Both the position numbers and the translations under genes were made by a program. The notes beneath the pieces are model-generated. The model had not been told where the DNA came from and searched no databases. It saw nothing but the letters and a program-made list of their open reading frames with translations. A stretch of 62,491 nt of DNA, filler included, from Sphacelaria rigidula (taxonomy: Eukaryota): the NCBI GenBank assembly GCA_964200075.2. It is 6 parts of 6 records of this genome, joined end to end, with 100 filler letters (N's around TTAATTAATTAA, not from the genome) between each part and the next. Parts side by side here need not be neighbours in the genome. Positions count along the whole stretch, not along the records: positions 41,732 to 52,061 come from CAXNAA020006705.1; positions 52,162 to 62,491 come from CAXNAA020006706.1; 4 more parts are not named here. The stretch is one strand, 5' to 3'. Shown here piece by piece: positions 49,917-62,491 of this stretch; within the stretch, counting starts at the first letter, position 1; the number at the start of each line of letters is the position of its first letter.

Positions 49917-50200
49917 GCCCCGGTGGTGTAATGGTCCGGCTGTCGCCATTAAGGTGGGGAGAACGAGGGTTCGATTCCCAATGCGTTGGATTTTTTCTTC
50001 GTTGTATGTGATTTCCACCGTGAAAAGCGTGAGAACGTGAGTAAACAAAGTAGTCTACTGAGTTTGTTTGACGTTAGTTGACGCGGTGCGGGAGTGCTGA
50101 TAGTCATCACCCAATCCGCAAGACCAAAACACAAGGCGCGTACCGGTGGAGAGATGGGTCGATCCCTTGAGACCACGGACTCACCTCGAGGGGGGGGGGG
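49917..50200 (+). mobile_element. tRNA-derived SINE (best-preserved copy)
   Basis: A box TGGTGTAATGG (49924-49934), B box GGTTCGATTCC (49968-49978), then a ~220-bp body ending in a G-run. Partial copy at 50848-51005; diverged copies near 9000-9280, 10010-10140 and 60700-61010. Confidence 0.8.
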
Positions 50201-50230
50201 TTCAAAGTGCTCCAGATAAATGAAAAATAC

Positions 50231-50263
<33 letters not shown>

Positions 50264-51699
50264 TTGTCGCACATGAACTGATCCTCGAGGCATCAAGGCA
50301 TGGTCATTATCCACGACATAGACGTACCCGAGGTAGACTAGAAGGGAACCCTGGCCGAAGCAAAGTCTAGAAAGCGGAGGAATGAATGAGCCAAGGTAGA
50401 ATATATGTGAAAATGACGAGCCACAAGCGACCGGAGTAGCAGGTCGCGGCTCAGGTATGTGGGCACCACTGCATTTGGGCGTGAACGTTTACGCACGGTG
50501 TTAAACGCTGCATCTGTTTTTGGTATGAGACTCTTGTATGGGTCCGATGCCTTACAAAACCGCCGACCCGCCCGTCACCTGAGAAGCGCATTTCCTCCGG
50601 ACGAAAAATTCGGCAGGCCGAAACAACACGTGCCCACAAAGCCCCGACGAACATGGCCAGACGCCCTGACACCCTTGAGGTTAAATGTTTAGCTGAACGC
50701 TGGCACGACTCATCATTGCTGTCTTTTGGCAATATACAAAAATGCTTCCTCAACAAATACAGGTGGAGGTAGTTCGGAGATACTTCGGCGACTTCGTGCG
50801 GCACTTCGGTTTCCGCTTCACGGAGATATAGTCCCCTACAATTTTACGCCCCGGTGGTGTAATGGTCCAACTGTCGTCATCGGGGTGGGGAGAACGAGGG
50901 TTCGATTCCCGATGTGCATGTGTTTTTTTTTCTTCGTATTATGTGATTCCCACCGTGGAAAACGTGAGAACGTGAGTAAACAAAGTAGTCGATTGAGTTT
51001 GTTTCAATATGATACATGTTCTGGCATCGTCCATTTAACGATTTTTTGTTATCGCGAGAAGTCCTCTCGCTTATGGCGAGAATCAGGAAGTTATTCCGGT
51101 CTATTGTATCCCATACGAAACGCAGGCGAGGGTTCGATTTTTCGGGTGATTGTGGAGACTAGAGCGGAAGACTGGGAGCGTTGCGAATGTGCAATGTTGG
51201 TGCAGTGCTCGTGGATGCCAATAAAGGTGGACTGGTGGCTGCAGCTTCGTACTTGTGGGGTCGATCAGGCGTGAGAGATACAACACGAGAATCCGCAGAT
51301 GATGCGGTATACGGAAGGATGGTGATGGGGAATGCTTGAACCGTACTGAATGAAGCGCGTGCCCATAATCTAGAACCAGACACTCGGAAATATAGTACCT
51401 TAACAAGTAGCCCAGCACGTGGTATGTCCGCTGGTGCGTCTGCCGTCTTTCCGAACATTTTATTGTTTTTCCGTCGGTACCCAGGAATGCCTTTTTCACT
51501 CTTGCGTGATGTTCGTATACTAGCTTGCTGTTGTATCCAGCCACTGATGATGAAAGAGTTTGCATGTTTTATGTACGGTGGAGTAATGGCACCAGCTGCA
51601 GCACCAGCAGTACATAGACAGCAGTGAAGGAAGTACAGTTGAGACATGCGCTCAAGGCCAGGACATGCTCGAGGTATGCTAGCCCTGCTCCTGCAGTAT

Positions 51700-51850
51700 A
51701 CGGTGTTCAGCGAAGGCGATGGCACGCTGACTGTTTCTTGCCGTTGTATAAGGCCACCGATGAAAATCAACGTTCCATTGATGTTTGTACGGTAGAGGTG
51801 CAGCAGTGCAGACAATACAACAGGAAGTTGGGACAATGCGACATGTGTGT
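51700..51850 (-). pseudogene. Possible decayed hAT transposase C-terminal (dimerisation) fragment
   Basis: HCPNFLLYCLHCCTSTVQTSMER*FSSVALYNGKKQS resembles the hAT 'P.L..L.......S..ER.FS......K.R' motif; it carries an internal stop. Confidence 0.3.
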
Positions 51851-52061
51851 AAGATCAACACGCGCTCAAGGTGTATCAGCCCTGCCCGAAAGTACCAGGG
51901 CTGCTGCGCAAGGATCATGGATAGGTGAAGATGATTGATGCTGTTCGCAAATATCGCAGCAGTGGCGGTTGCCAGCGTGCGCCACTGGCGAACTATGGGA
52001 AATATTCACGGTTAGGACAAATCATCACGACTCAAAATCACCAAATTCACGATTTCTTCTG

Positions 52062-52161
52062 NNNNNNNNNNNNNNNNNNNNNNNNNNNNNNNNNNNNNNN
52101 NNNNNTTAATTAATTAANNNNNNNNNNNNNNNNNNNNNNNNNNNNNNNNNNNNNNNNNNNN
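52062..52161. other. Artificial contig linker
   Basis: N44-TTAATTAATTAA-N44. Confidence 0.99.
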
Positions 52162-54121
52162 CGATACACTACAGACTGCACAGCAAAAATATGAGGCGTA
52201 ATAATCAGGTGGTCGACAACCACACAACCGTCTGTGTTATGACGCAACTATGTGCCTCTTATGCACTCCCGGTCCCTTCCGCCGTAGAGTAGGCGTTTTG
52301 AGTTGTGACAAGGGAATGATTCTGAACCCAAAAAGTGTAGTGTCTACCTCAGTCTACCAACGGGGGGGTCGCTGTCTAAGGATTACTCTCCCCCATGGCT
52401 CTTAGACTTCTTTTACAGACGGATACACTCGCACACACCACCACAGACAGTGCGACAGTGGTGAGGACCATGCGCGGCAGCAACTGCCAATGGTATTGAG
52501 GATACTCTATCGTCGAGAGCAGGGCTTCATTCGCAACCCTTCGACCGTCACGAAAGGTCACCCGTTCAATCGGCCTCATTTTTTCACGTCAAATTGAATA
52601 TGAGATACTGTATGTGTACCGTACAGAAGACCCTTCCTGGCGGTTGAGTAATTGATGGCGATGGTCCTTTCGGAATAGTTTGACGGGAAAATGCGCCACA
52701 GACTGTGACTGTACAAAAGTATCATCATGATTGTCCTGTACACAGGACACAGCAAACCTGCATTCACAGAATCACGCAAGTGTCGAGTGTCAAAACCCTA
52801 CTCCCATTGCGGTGACTCCCTGCTAGTGCTCTGTGTATCCTAAATGGCAAATTGCGCGTAACTTCATTGTTACTTGGCAGTGCTGGCGTTGTGCGTGTAT
52901 TTGCACATAGCTTCTGCTGGGCACGGCATAGTATGCAGCGCTGCCACTGCGCGGCTACACTCGATTATACTCTCGCCAGATTCTTGAGAATGCAATTCTT
53001 TTTGTTGTACTCATACTTGTACCATACATGATTTCCATCTGACTCGCGGTGCAAGGATGGGCCTACTCAGGCAGGTATGATGAAGTTTCAGCACAGCACA
53101 CACTGTGATAGACTACGAGCTGGGCCAGCCAAAAGTAGGTGTGAATCTCGCTCAGGCGACGCACGGCGCGACATTAGGAGTTGGGTGCTGAAATTTTGAC
53201 AGCAGCTTTTCATTATCAAAATGCAGAAAATAAAAAAAGAGAGAAAAAAAAAGTTATGGGCATTTGAAATTTCAGCAAAAAAAACATCATACCATAAGTC
53301 TAGGAGAGAAAGGAGAATCTGCAGCTGGACTCTTGAAGTATCAGTACCTCGGGTGCAGAAGATCGTCCTGAAATTTCAGCTCAAGAGTCGCCGAATTGGG
53401 CCGTGCGTTGAACATTTTCCATGACGCTACTGCACCCCTATAAATCAAGTGATGTAAGACTCCAATTATGGAGGTCATGAGTTCCAATCTCGGCAGATTC
53501 TCTCTTTGTTTTCGTCCGTCCTGGTTATACATTATGCAGTACCCTTTTTTTCATTTTTTTTTTTTCATTTAGCGGCGGAGCCATGTGTCACCAAGTTGGT
53601 CTACACTTCACAGTGATATGCTTACACCGGGTTTATTCGGGAAACTGGGGAAGCTGTGGTGTGAGCAAGTTTGGCAGCTTTGGAACTGGCCCAGCTCGTA
53701 CAGTAACAGCACTATCCCCTATATCGTATTCAAGCCTCACAGCACCACAGAAGGAAGGTAGAGTATTTCAACAAGAAAAAAAGAAAAGGCTCCTGCCTTG
53801 GCCTTCCTCCTGTGTTACCCCGGCTGATGAGCCCACCCTTACCGAGAGGTGTAGACTGACGTCCAGAATAGATAGGATGACAACACAACAAACACAGGCT
53901 GGGCCAGCCTAGAAACGGATTCAATCTGACAGTAATATCTCATCGACGCAGACGAATTGGGCCGTGATCCGCGTACTTCATCATTTGTCCAATCAAGAAG
54001 GAGATGCCCATCTGCTCAAGGGTCTGGTCCAATTTAGTCTCGTTGATTATAACCGACGCCATGTCGAGTAATTCCTACAGGCTTGGGCAGCCGACAGAGG
54101 TTTTTTTTATGTATTTCGGCG

Positions 54122-54379
54122 ATGCTGTGGGTGATTCGAAGAGTTGGGCGCTGAAATTTTGACATAACACTTTTATCATCACCACGCACAACATTTCTCG
54201 AGGCGCATTGAAAAAAAAAGTTGAAGCGATTTGAAGTTTCTGCAAAAACTAGAAAAATGCTATAACTCCGTGAAAAAAATAAAATAAGAATGCACCTCCA
54301 GGAAGGTTGTGCGTAGTGATGATGAAAATGTTGTTTCAAAATTTCAGCGCCTGATAACTCTTCGAATTACCCACAGCAT
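54122..54379. mobile_element. Palindromic MITE-like element (~90-bp arms)
   Basis: atgctgtgggtgattcgaagagtt..gcgctgaaattttga pairs with tcaaaatttcagcgc..aactcttcgaattacccacagcat; a diverged relative lies at about 53175-53400. Confidence 0.8.
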
Positions 54380-57304
54380 CCAATTTTTGGCGTGGCACCC
54401 GGTGGTCAAACTGGTAAAATCACCTCTTATTGCAGAGGTCACGAGTTCGAATCTTGACGCGACCATTCCACCGCATTTGCCTACCGTAATTCCACCGCAT
54501 TTCGTAAAACAAAACGTCATCAGACACGCCATCACACAACGACACGAGACGTTCTCGGTACTCGTTGCAGCACAAAAACATCATCGCCAAAACTTTGCCG
54601 ATCGACCAGCGGCGGTGCCGTGCATTCCCACGTTAGTCTGCGGTTCACAGCGATATGCTCGAGTCGAGCTGATTTGGTAAACTTGACGAGTTATGGTTGG
54701 TGATGCAAATACGGGACGTACTGCTGGCCCAGCTCGTATACCGTAGGGAGATGTACAGGGAATGATGACGATTTTTGGTGTGAACATTCCCTGGAGCACG
54801 GGAAAACGATCGACACCCTATACTCGTAATACCTTCACCTAATTCGTTCTCTATCCTGAGATATGGCGCACGTAAGTTTCCATACTAAACTCAGTATATT
54901 ACGAGCAGATGCACTAGACGCACTATTCTGGATTTGACGTCTCAGTTTTTGAGAGTTGTGCTTTGAAATCTGCTATGGATAATTGCTAGAGCATAATGAA
55001 GGGGATAAAATCTTCAGCTCCTTGATGTCTTTTCGGAGGTTTTTCGTTTCTCAGGGGCGTTCTATTGTAGTGAAAGAGGTCTTTGGTCCTGCCACGGCAG
55101 CGGTATTCGTGTGTGCGAATGGACGGCGGTGCGGGATCCAATCTGGGCAAGTGTTGGTGTTGGATGTATATATCCAGTGACTCACTTTCTCATGCTTGCA
55201 TATTTTTTCTTCTTGTCTTGCTACACGTGTTTGAAGCTTGGTCGATGATTCACACTCCATTGCAGTTGTCACCACGATTCCCCTTGCAATATATGTTTCT
55301 ATTTGCTGCCGTGTGATGGCCTTTACTTGCCCCCCCTGTCCCGCTCTTATGACTATAATATGCCTCATGTCACTTTTTCACCTCAATTTTTAGAATCGTG
55401 ATTCGAAATTGAGTATGGAGAATCGCAAAGTCAAACTGGACACACAAGACAAAGTGAGCCATCATTGTGTCTTGTTGGGCGAACTAACCCTTTGGCCGCG
55501 AGGGCAGGTCACATGTTGACTCGGCATCAATATTAACTTGAAAAAAGTATGCGTGGTCCAGATGGATTACCCGCACCGCGGTCCGAGGGTAAAGGGCGTT
55601 TTCATTAAAAAAAAAATGTAACCCGTCCTACTTTTGTCGTTCATGATGCCCTAGTGATTTCCTACAAGAATTTCAAAACACAATCATGTACCAAATCTAG
55701 GCCGGTAAATGGCCTCCAAAATACTGGTCCGGATTCTAAATCGTCTCAGTTTTGAGAGTTTGACCTTCAAATTTGGTATGGAAAATAAACAGGGTAAAAT
55801 GGAAAAAAATTATGCCGAGACAAACCGATTTTTGTTGTTGTGTAGGAACCCTTCTGGGACCGAGCCTCCAGAATGACCAATGAGGCTGGTTAGGAACGAC
55901 GTGTCTCGCGTCTGCACGAAACGGTGGCTTCATGTTGCTGAAAATCCACGCATCAATCGGTCTAATACGGATCTTTCGTAGTGTAGGTGCCCTTTTTTCG
56001 TGTAAATGTTTTGTTTCTTCGCTTCTTCTGCGGGCTGTTCGGGTTATGGGTATGGGGGGTATGCTCCTTGCACTCCGTGACCACGGGTTCGAGAGATCGA
56101 GCTAATGTGACGGATATAATAAGAAAGAAGTAACTGTAGGGTCAACCGAAAGTTTCATCCAATCTTTTTTCAGGTGCAAGTACTGGTGATGTATTCGGGT
56201 GGGGTGCATATCAGGTAATGTACTTATGTATCAAGCAGTATGAGTTGCCGTAGAGACCTTACAGCAGGATGTGGCAACCGGCAGGCTGCCCGCCACTGGT
56301 GGCTTCGAATGATATTATTGTCCCCATCACCTTGCCACAAAGCCCTTTGCCGCTGTTTCCCTCTTTGTTGCAAGCGGCGAACTCTCTTCAAAGGGCATGG
56401 GCATTGCTGCGCACATACAGTACAGTACAGTACCCCCGACTGCAGCAGCTGCTGCCGCTGCATATGACACGTTCTGGGCAGTTCTCCGCGACGGAGATGA
56501 GCTGCCTATACACAGCTTGTTCGTTCCCGTCAACTACATACGACCTCACTGCATGCTGTACCGCCTCAGCGCAGGGATACGCAAAACTCATGCATTTATC
56601 TCCGTCTCTCGTTCCATGGTGTTGCTTGTAGATCCAGTCGCCTTGTAAAGATGACCACATGGTGGTAGCGTACCTTTTTTCCCGTGTTACCCCCGAGCAC
56701 CCTGTGTCAGTGTAATTACTACGTTTTACTATAAGATGGTGACCCAATACAAACTCGGGGGAATGGGGGAAGAACCTATATAAAATGCAAGTAGATGACG
56801 AAAGGAAACGGAAAAGAGCTCCCCGACAACTGCGGCTTTGTTGTGCTTCGAAGGCTTTTTTGTGGACCAGGGACAGGGTACACACAACTCGGCAGTGACA
56901 TCACTCCTGGCGACAGCCCCCCTCACTGGTCGTTCGGTGTGGTCGATAAATTTCGCCTCGCCGTGATTGGGCAGATCGCTCCTAGACTTTTTTATTACTA
57001 TTTTACCAACACATGGTAAACCCCTTGTTGCTGAACATCAGTCCCAAAGGGGTTGATAGCGTGCATACAGTTGAGGCTTGAGATCACCACACTTGAGGTA
57101 AGCCCACCATATGTGTTAGAACATGTCATGGGGAGACGACACGATCAAGCGTACCCAGAACATTCACTTCGGCCAAGTGGGGCTACAGGCAAGCTTGAGC
57201 AATACCGTAAGTGGAACGAGTCACCGAAACGATGCAGTCAGGCCTGTCGCGTGCTCTGCCAACCCGCCAAAACACGAGCTCGGCTAAGGCAGTTGTTGGA
57301 TGAG

Positions 57305-57472
57305 ATAACCCTCTGGGGACCGAACTCCGAGAAACAAGGTGCTTGCGCGCATCGGCCTTTCCGTGAATCGACGTTATTTTCACTAGAAAACGACTGGAAA
57401 TAATGCCGATTCGCAACAAGGCCCCTGTGTGCAAACACTATGTTTCTAAAAGTCCGGTCCCAAAAGGGTTAA
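57305..57472. mobile_element. piggyBac-like palindromic MITE
   Basis: (A)TAA-CCCT.TGGGGACCG...CGGTCCCAAAAGGG-TTAA. Related ends occur at 10273 (ttaacccttttgggacc), 40924, 55848, 28230-28320 and 61450-61560. Confidence 0.65.
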
Positions 57473-57788
57473 TTAGGCACTCCAACGCAGATAGTTCGGA
57501 GTTGCTCCACGCCGTTTTCGTGCGGGGTCCCGCTATCATGCAGTTAGGCCGGCCGCACGATGGGACGCCAACCGTAGACCTGTACACGAGGCTGGAAAGA
57601 CGCGGGGTCGCGGGGGAGACGAGGAGCATATTATCATAGAGCACCATCCCTTGGCTTGTTGATCCATTGCGTTGCTTTATGTCATCCTCTCGACTTCTGA
57701 CAACGTCAAACGGCGGTACCGTGCTGTGCTGTATTTCGCCATGACTGGCAGGTCCCGCAAGTATCGTGCAGCTTGGGCTCGCGCAATC

Positions 57789-58139
57789 ATGGGCGCCATG
57801 TTGACTCGCCCCCCGCGGGAGACCTTCAGGACGATCGAAGTGTTGCGGGAAGGGGTCACGGCGCGTCCCGAGCAGGCTGCCATGGCAGATAACTCGGTGG
57901 TGACCTCCAAGTACAACGTCGTCACCTTCGTGCCTAGGTCTCTGTTCGAGCAGTTCCGGAGGGTAGCCAACGTTTACTTCCTCGTGATTATCATATTGAT
58001 GATGTTGGGTACCTACACGGACTTGTTCACGTCTCCGCTCACGCCGTACTCCACCATGATCCCGCTTGTGATCGTGCTTGCGGTGACCATGGTGAAGGAC
58101 GGGGCGGAAGACTTGAAGAGACATCGTTCCGATAGAAGG
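57789..58139 (+). CDS. P4-type ATPase (phospholipid flippase, ALA/DRS2/ATP8 family), first coding exon
   Basis: DNSVVTSKYNVVTFVPRSLFEQFRRVANVYFL...PLVIVLAVTMVKDGAEDLKRHRSDRR|gtgagc, the diagnostic P4-ATPase N-terminal motif with TM1-2. Confidence 0.96.
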
Positions 58140-58727
58140 GTGAGCAGCATACGGACGATCCAGAGCGTTCTATTTTTTGTTTTGTTTTTTGTTTTGTTTT
58201 TTGGGGGGGGGGCAGGCGCAAGTAGCAATCACCTGTAAAGAAATTATACACCGTAGATTTGGCTCAGTACAGTACTGCACTATCGTGGCGAACTGATGAT
58301 GAGTCAAGATTTGACTTTGCTCATGCAGCCTCAGGCTTCACTCTCGTCTAAGCACCAGTACTGTAGGTATATAGTCAATCCGTATGTGCATTTTTTTTTA
58401 TGTAATTTGAGGTTGGACGTTGGCTAAGCACCTGATACGACCACCCGCGAAATCTCGCCGCATATTTTTTATCTTTTGGAAACCGAGAACCGCCTATGGG
58501 CGCGAGACCTTCGTTCATAACGAAATCACGAGTCGAACTTTAACACCGGTAACCCCGATGCTCTACAGGTATAGCTCGGGATGATGGACGTTAAGGTTCC
58601 AGGTGCCAAGCCTCAAGTCGCTTTTTTTTATTTTTACCGCCAGAGGTCATCATTTTACACATTTCCCCGTGATGCGGCAACTAGGGATTAGTTGAACGAA
58701 AAACAAAACGTGGTTTCCGAAAATTAG

Positions 58728-58813
58728 GTGAACAGCACGGAAGCTTATGTTCTGGACGTGAACAATCAGGGGCAGTTTAAGCCGATCGCATGGAGGGACG
58801 TCAAGGTCGGAAT
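58728..58813 (+). CDS. P4-type ATPase, exon 2 (not in the ORF track)
   Basis: tag|VNSTEAYVLDVNNQGQFKPIAWRDVKVG(M)|gtgagt; 'W.DVKVG' motif; phase 0/2. Confidence 0.92.
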
Positions 58814-61800
58814 GTGAGTGGATTTTTTTGCTCGCCATCACGTCATTATCCACGTTTTTTAATATGTGTGACGGATGCGAGAACTCTTTGATGTATGTAT
58901 GCATAGGAGTAGTACTAGAATTGTTCCGAATTGCGGAACTTTCGTTTGTCTCGTATGTTTAGGTAACAGTACCTGCTGTAGGACTTACCGTGTAGCGTTG
59001 TTGTGGAGGTTACTCCACCACTAGGTATGGTGAAGAAACTGATGGGAAATACATGATTTTGAATAACTCTAGAACCCTGAACCTAAAACCCCAACCCTAG
59101 ACCACTAACCCTGGCCATAACCTTAACTCTCACCCCGACGAAGGCATATCGAGAACCCACGGGCAAGGGGGGGGTACAAAGTGTTCCCTAGGCAAAGAGG
59201 CGAAGTGTGCGTTGCCAGATGTGAAATCAGTCCCGCAGGCGCCAATCTTGGACAAGAATGCGTTCTGCGCAACGCTAGGAGCACACACACACACCCATTG
59301 ATGATCCGAATGCCGGGGTTCGCACGAAAACCAAGTGGGCCAACGTCAATGTAGCGAATTGATAAAGGCTTATATTGTTGTGTCGGCTTCCTTGTTTTGC
59401 GAACATGACACCGTGTACTTGTATCGTTTACTTCAAGTGTTGAGCAAGGTGGGAAGAGTTCTGTTCCGACGTATCTACCGTTCACATGAGTAGTAGTAGT
59501 AACTGAACGCTAAGGACTTGGGATCACCTGTACCGATGAAACGAATGACCCTGAAGATTTTGTATTGATTCATGACCATTTGTTGTATATCATGTATAAT
59601 GAATCCAATTACGCATCAAGGTATCCTTATTTCAAAATATTGTTACTTAAAACACTTGTTGATTACGTTAGAACATTGCGTTTGAAGTTTCAACAACAAA
59701 TCATTCTTGTGCCATCTATGAGGAGAATTGTTCCATTATGTGCATGGTTTTGTTGGGCGATATCCCTGCGTTTCCCGACCATTCCTCGTGGATATTGAGT
59801 ACAGAAAATGTTCCGAGGTGACCACCCTTCACTCATGCACTACTTGCTGGTGACCCCACGTGTGTGTTGAGCTGTAGTATGATTGTCCATCGTATGCCTG
59901 CTTCCTTTCGTTTGCCGATACACCAGCGTGTGTGATTTCTCAGGTAGAGCGGGTTCTATGATGGAAAAAAGCTTCCGAAATGACCTTTAGTTCGAGGCTA
60001 GTTTACCGGCGTTGAGCTACCAATGTCCATGGTTGACACAATTTTACAAGTACCGCAACCCCTCCACCCTAACCCCAACCCAACGCATACCTAGAACCCT
60101 TGGGCAAGGGGGGTACCTAGCATTCCCTAGACAAAGGGCGGCCTTTGTAGACCCCAAATTGGCGCCACAGGCGCCGATTTCAACAAAAACGCTTGTGCTC
60201 ACGCGAGGAGCACACGGTACTATCAGCCCCATTGAACATCCAATTCTCGTTGTACACACTCAAATAAAGTAATTTTAACCATGCACATTTGCAACCCAAC
60301 GCCGGTAAACTCTACCGGTTCGTTCCGCCAGTCGGTTTGTTCAGTGTATACATAGTTTTACGAGTCCTTCTTGAGCTAATGGATAGAATTTTGCAGTATA
60401 TTCTTGTAATGTTGATCTGACGCATGCATACAGTCGCGCCCTGGTGGTCTATCTCACACTCACTGATTGCAACAATCCAGCCCGTGATAGGAGCAGGAGA
60501 AAGTTACAGAAAAAATAAAAAATGAAAAAAAAGTAAAGAAACAAAAAAAAACAGAAGCAACAGCCACAGGAAGGAAAGAAGAAAGTAAGCAACAACGACA
60601 ACGACAACGACAAGAGCAAGAGCAAGAACACACATAAAAACAACAATAACAAACAACAAAACAAGATGATTATCTCGCATTACGTAGCTCATTGCAACAC
60701 GAATTAAAATGGTACAACAGAAAACAGTTACGAGCGGAAGATCGAGGGTTCAAATTCGACGCGCGGTATATACGGGGGCATTTGGATCTTTTCATCTGAA
60801 CGTATATGATTTTCTTTGTTGAAAATGTCAGGGTGTGACAACAACTATCATTTTTTTTCTTTCAGCGAGAGGTGATCGACGATGCTGTGCGGGTGAGCTC
60901 TTATAGTCCGATTTCGCGATACCGAAATTCATTCCAGGCGGGTGTACCGGAGAAAATATGGATTACGACGTAGTCTCGTGAGACCACGGGCTCATCCACG
61001 AGGAAGAGAAGGGGTTGAAAATATGACCAGATTCAAAAACGAGGGGGAAAGTGGGAGAACTAGGGGTTGCTTGCGCGCAGTTCGTGCTCTCCTCTCAATC
61101 TTGCAGTTGTTTTTGATTTGCTGTTTTGGCGATGAATCCAGCAAAGCAGAACTCAAAATGTCCCTCAATCTCCATGTCCACCGGGAATTTGTTGCGTTGT
61201 GGTGGGGAAGATCAATAAGATTGCGCCGAAAAGGGAAAAGTGTTTTCCCTTGAGGGATACCAGGGCAGATGAAATAAGTCGCGGAAGAGACGGTGCAGCA
61301 GCAATCGGCGAGGTGCAACACACTATTCACAATTCTACCTCAACTAACCAGTGAAGGCGACGTGAGTAAATGGATTGTATGTAACAGTACCGGGGTTGTA
61401 CTTTTTAGCGGAAACGTTTCTCGGGGCTGCTGGGGGTGTTGAATGCGTCATTTTGAGGATCGGCATCATTTTTACTTGAGCAGGACCGAAAATGATGCCG
61501 ATTCACGAACAGGCCCCTGCGTGCAAACACCATGTCTCTGAGAGTCTGGCCCCCGGAGATTTAAGTTGCACAGACAGTAATAAGCCTCCTATATATTTGG
61601 GTTCCTACAAGAAAGAATCCCAGAAACAAAAAGTGCAACTGCTACCGTAGCATTGCGGGTCCGCAAGTGGGGGGTGTTTGGTTTGGCAAACTGTACCAAG
61701 CCATACCGGAGTCGGCACCGATTGTTTCGGTATGGTTCCACGTTTGGGACGAATCATCGCCGGTTCGAATCACCAAACCCATGATTTTTCAGACCTGACT

Positions 61801-62195
61801 GCTCGAAAGAGATGAGAAAAAAGTTGACTGCTCGTCAAAAAAGATTTCCATGCAATTCTTACGCCATTCCACGTGCCTGGGCTGCGCGTACCTGGTATGC
61901 AACGCTGAAAACAATGCCTGAGGATTGATACGTACGGTACGAATCAAATTATTGTACACCAAAACCGAGTAATTTCCAGACGAACGAATCATTCATTCCT
62001 CCGACCCTTGCATGGGTCGGAAGTCGGAAGGATCTTTTCCGAAAAAATGACCTCTTTTCTTGAATATCCATCTTCAAGAATAAGTGCCCAATTCTGTAGC
62101 ATACAGAACAAAAACCTTGGATGATTGAATGAATGAAGATCCAACCAAACGCCTTCTTCACGGAACGCAACAAAAATAAATAAATAAATAAACAG

Positions 62196-62403
62196 GATCT
62201 TGAGGGTGTGCGACAAGGAAGAAATCCCAGCGGATCTCGTGATGCTCACGTCTTCCGAGGATGGGGGTGTGGGGTATATCGAGACAGCCAACATCGACGG
62301 CGAGACAAACCTCAAGATCAGGACCAGCGCCCCGACGCGCCCGGGTCTCCCCCCGGGCCCATCCTGGTCCAGTGCGGAGGAGCTTCATGGGGTTCGAATG
62401 GAG
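62196..62403 (+). CDS. P4-type ATPase, exon 3 (actuator domain)
   Basis: cag|(M)[42 protein letters not shown]...|gtgtga; contains the P4-specific DGET motif. Confidence 0.96.
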
Positions 62404-62491
62404 GTGTGATTTTTGTCGGGGGGGGGGGGGGGGACTTATATGATGCTTTGCCTTAGTCGTTTGACGATTGACCACGCATCCCTTTTTCGGG

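Noticed and set aside
49917..49985. Functional tRNA gene
   Set aside because: A and B boxes are present, but I see no convincing cloverleaf, and the head is attached to a repeated SINE body.
52376..52779. Minus-strand exons in contig 6
   Set aside because: A plausible acceptor exists, but there is no recognisable protein and no consistent partner exon.

Overview
This is eukaryotic nuclear DNA, most likely from a brown alga (Phaeophyceae) or a related stramenopile. That call is an inference from short exons in kb-long repeat-rich introns, A/C-rich splice acceptors, TTAGGG-like tracts and an axonemal dynein. The window is not one locus. It is six unrelated contigs of 10334, 10333, 10332, 10332, 10330 and 10330 bp in descending size order, joined by artificial 100-bp N44-TTAATTAATTAA-N44 linkers. 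I reconstructed these gene fragments with consistent splice phases: exocyst subunit Sec3/EXOC1-like (6 exons, minus strand, contig 1); a Cys-rich acidic, probably secreted protein of unknown family (contig 2); an axonemal dynein heavy chain AAA6 region (5 exons, minus, contig 3); a KOW-motif protein and a divergent gene with a transit-peptide-like first exon (contig 4); and the 5' end of a P4-type ATPase lipid flippase (3 exons, plus, contig 6). Most of the rest is mobile-element debris: LINE fragments, a second retroposon family sharing the LINE 3' tail, tRNA-derived SINEs, (CAAT)n-tailed retroposon ends with target-site duplications (TSDs), MITEs and foldbacks, and satellites. I see no convincing new multi-gene system. 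The best leads are two phase-required GC splice donors, the shared retroposon tail, nested insertions, a 42/84-bp repeat array, an intronic ~425-nt foldback, two orphan-looking proteins and two decayed coding-like tracts that may be viral or transposon relics.
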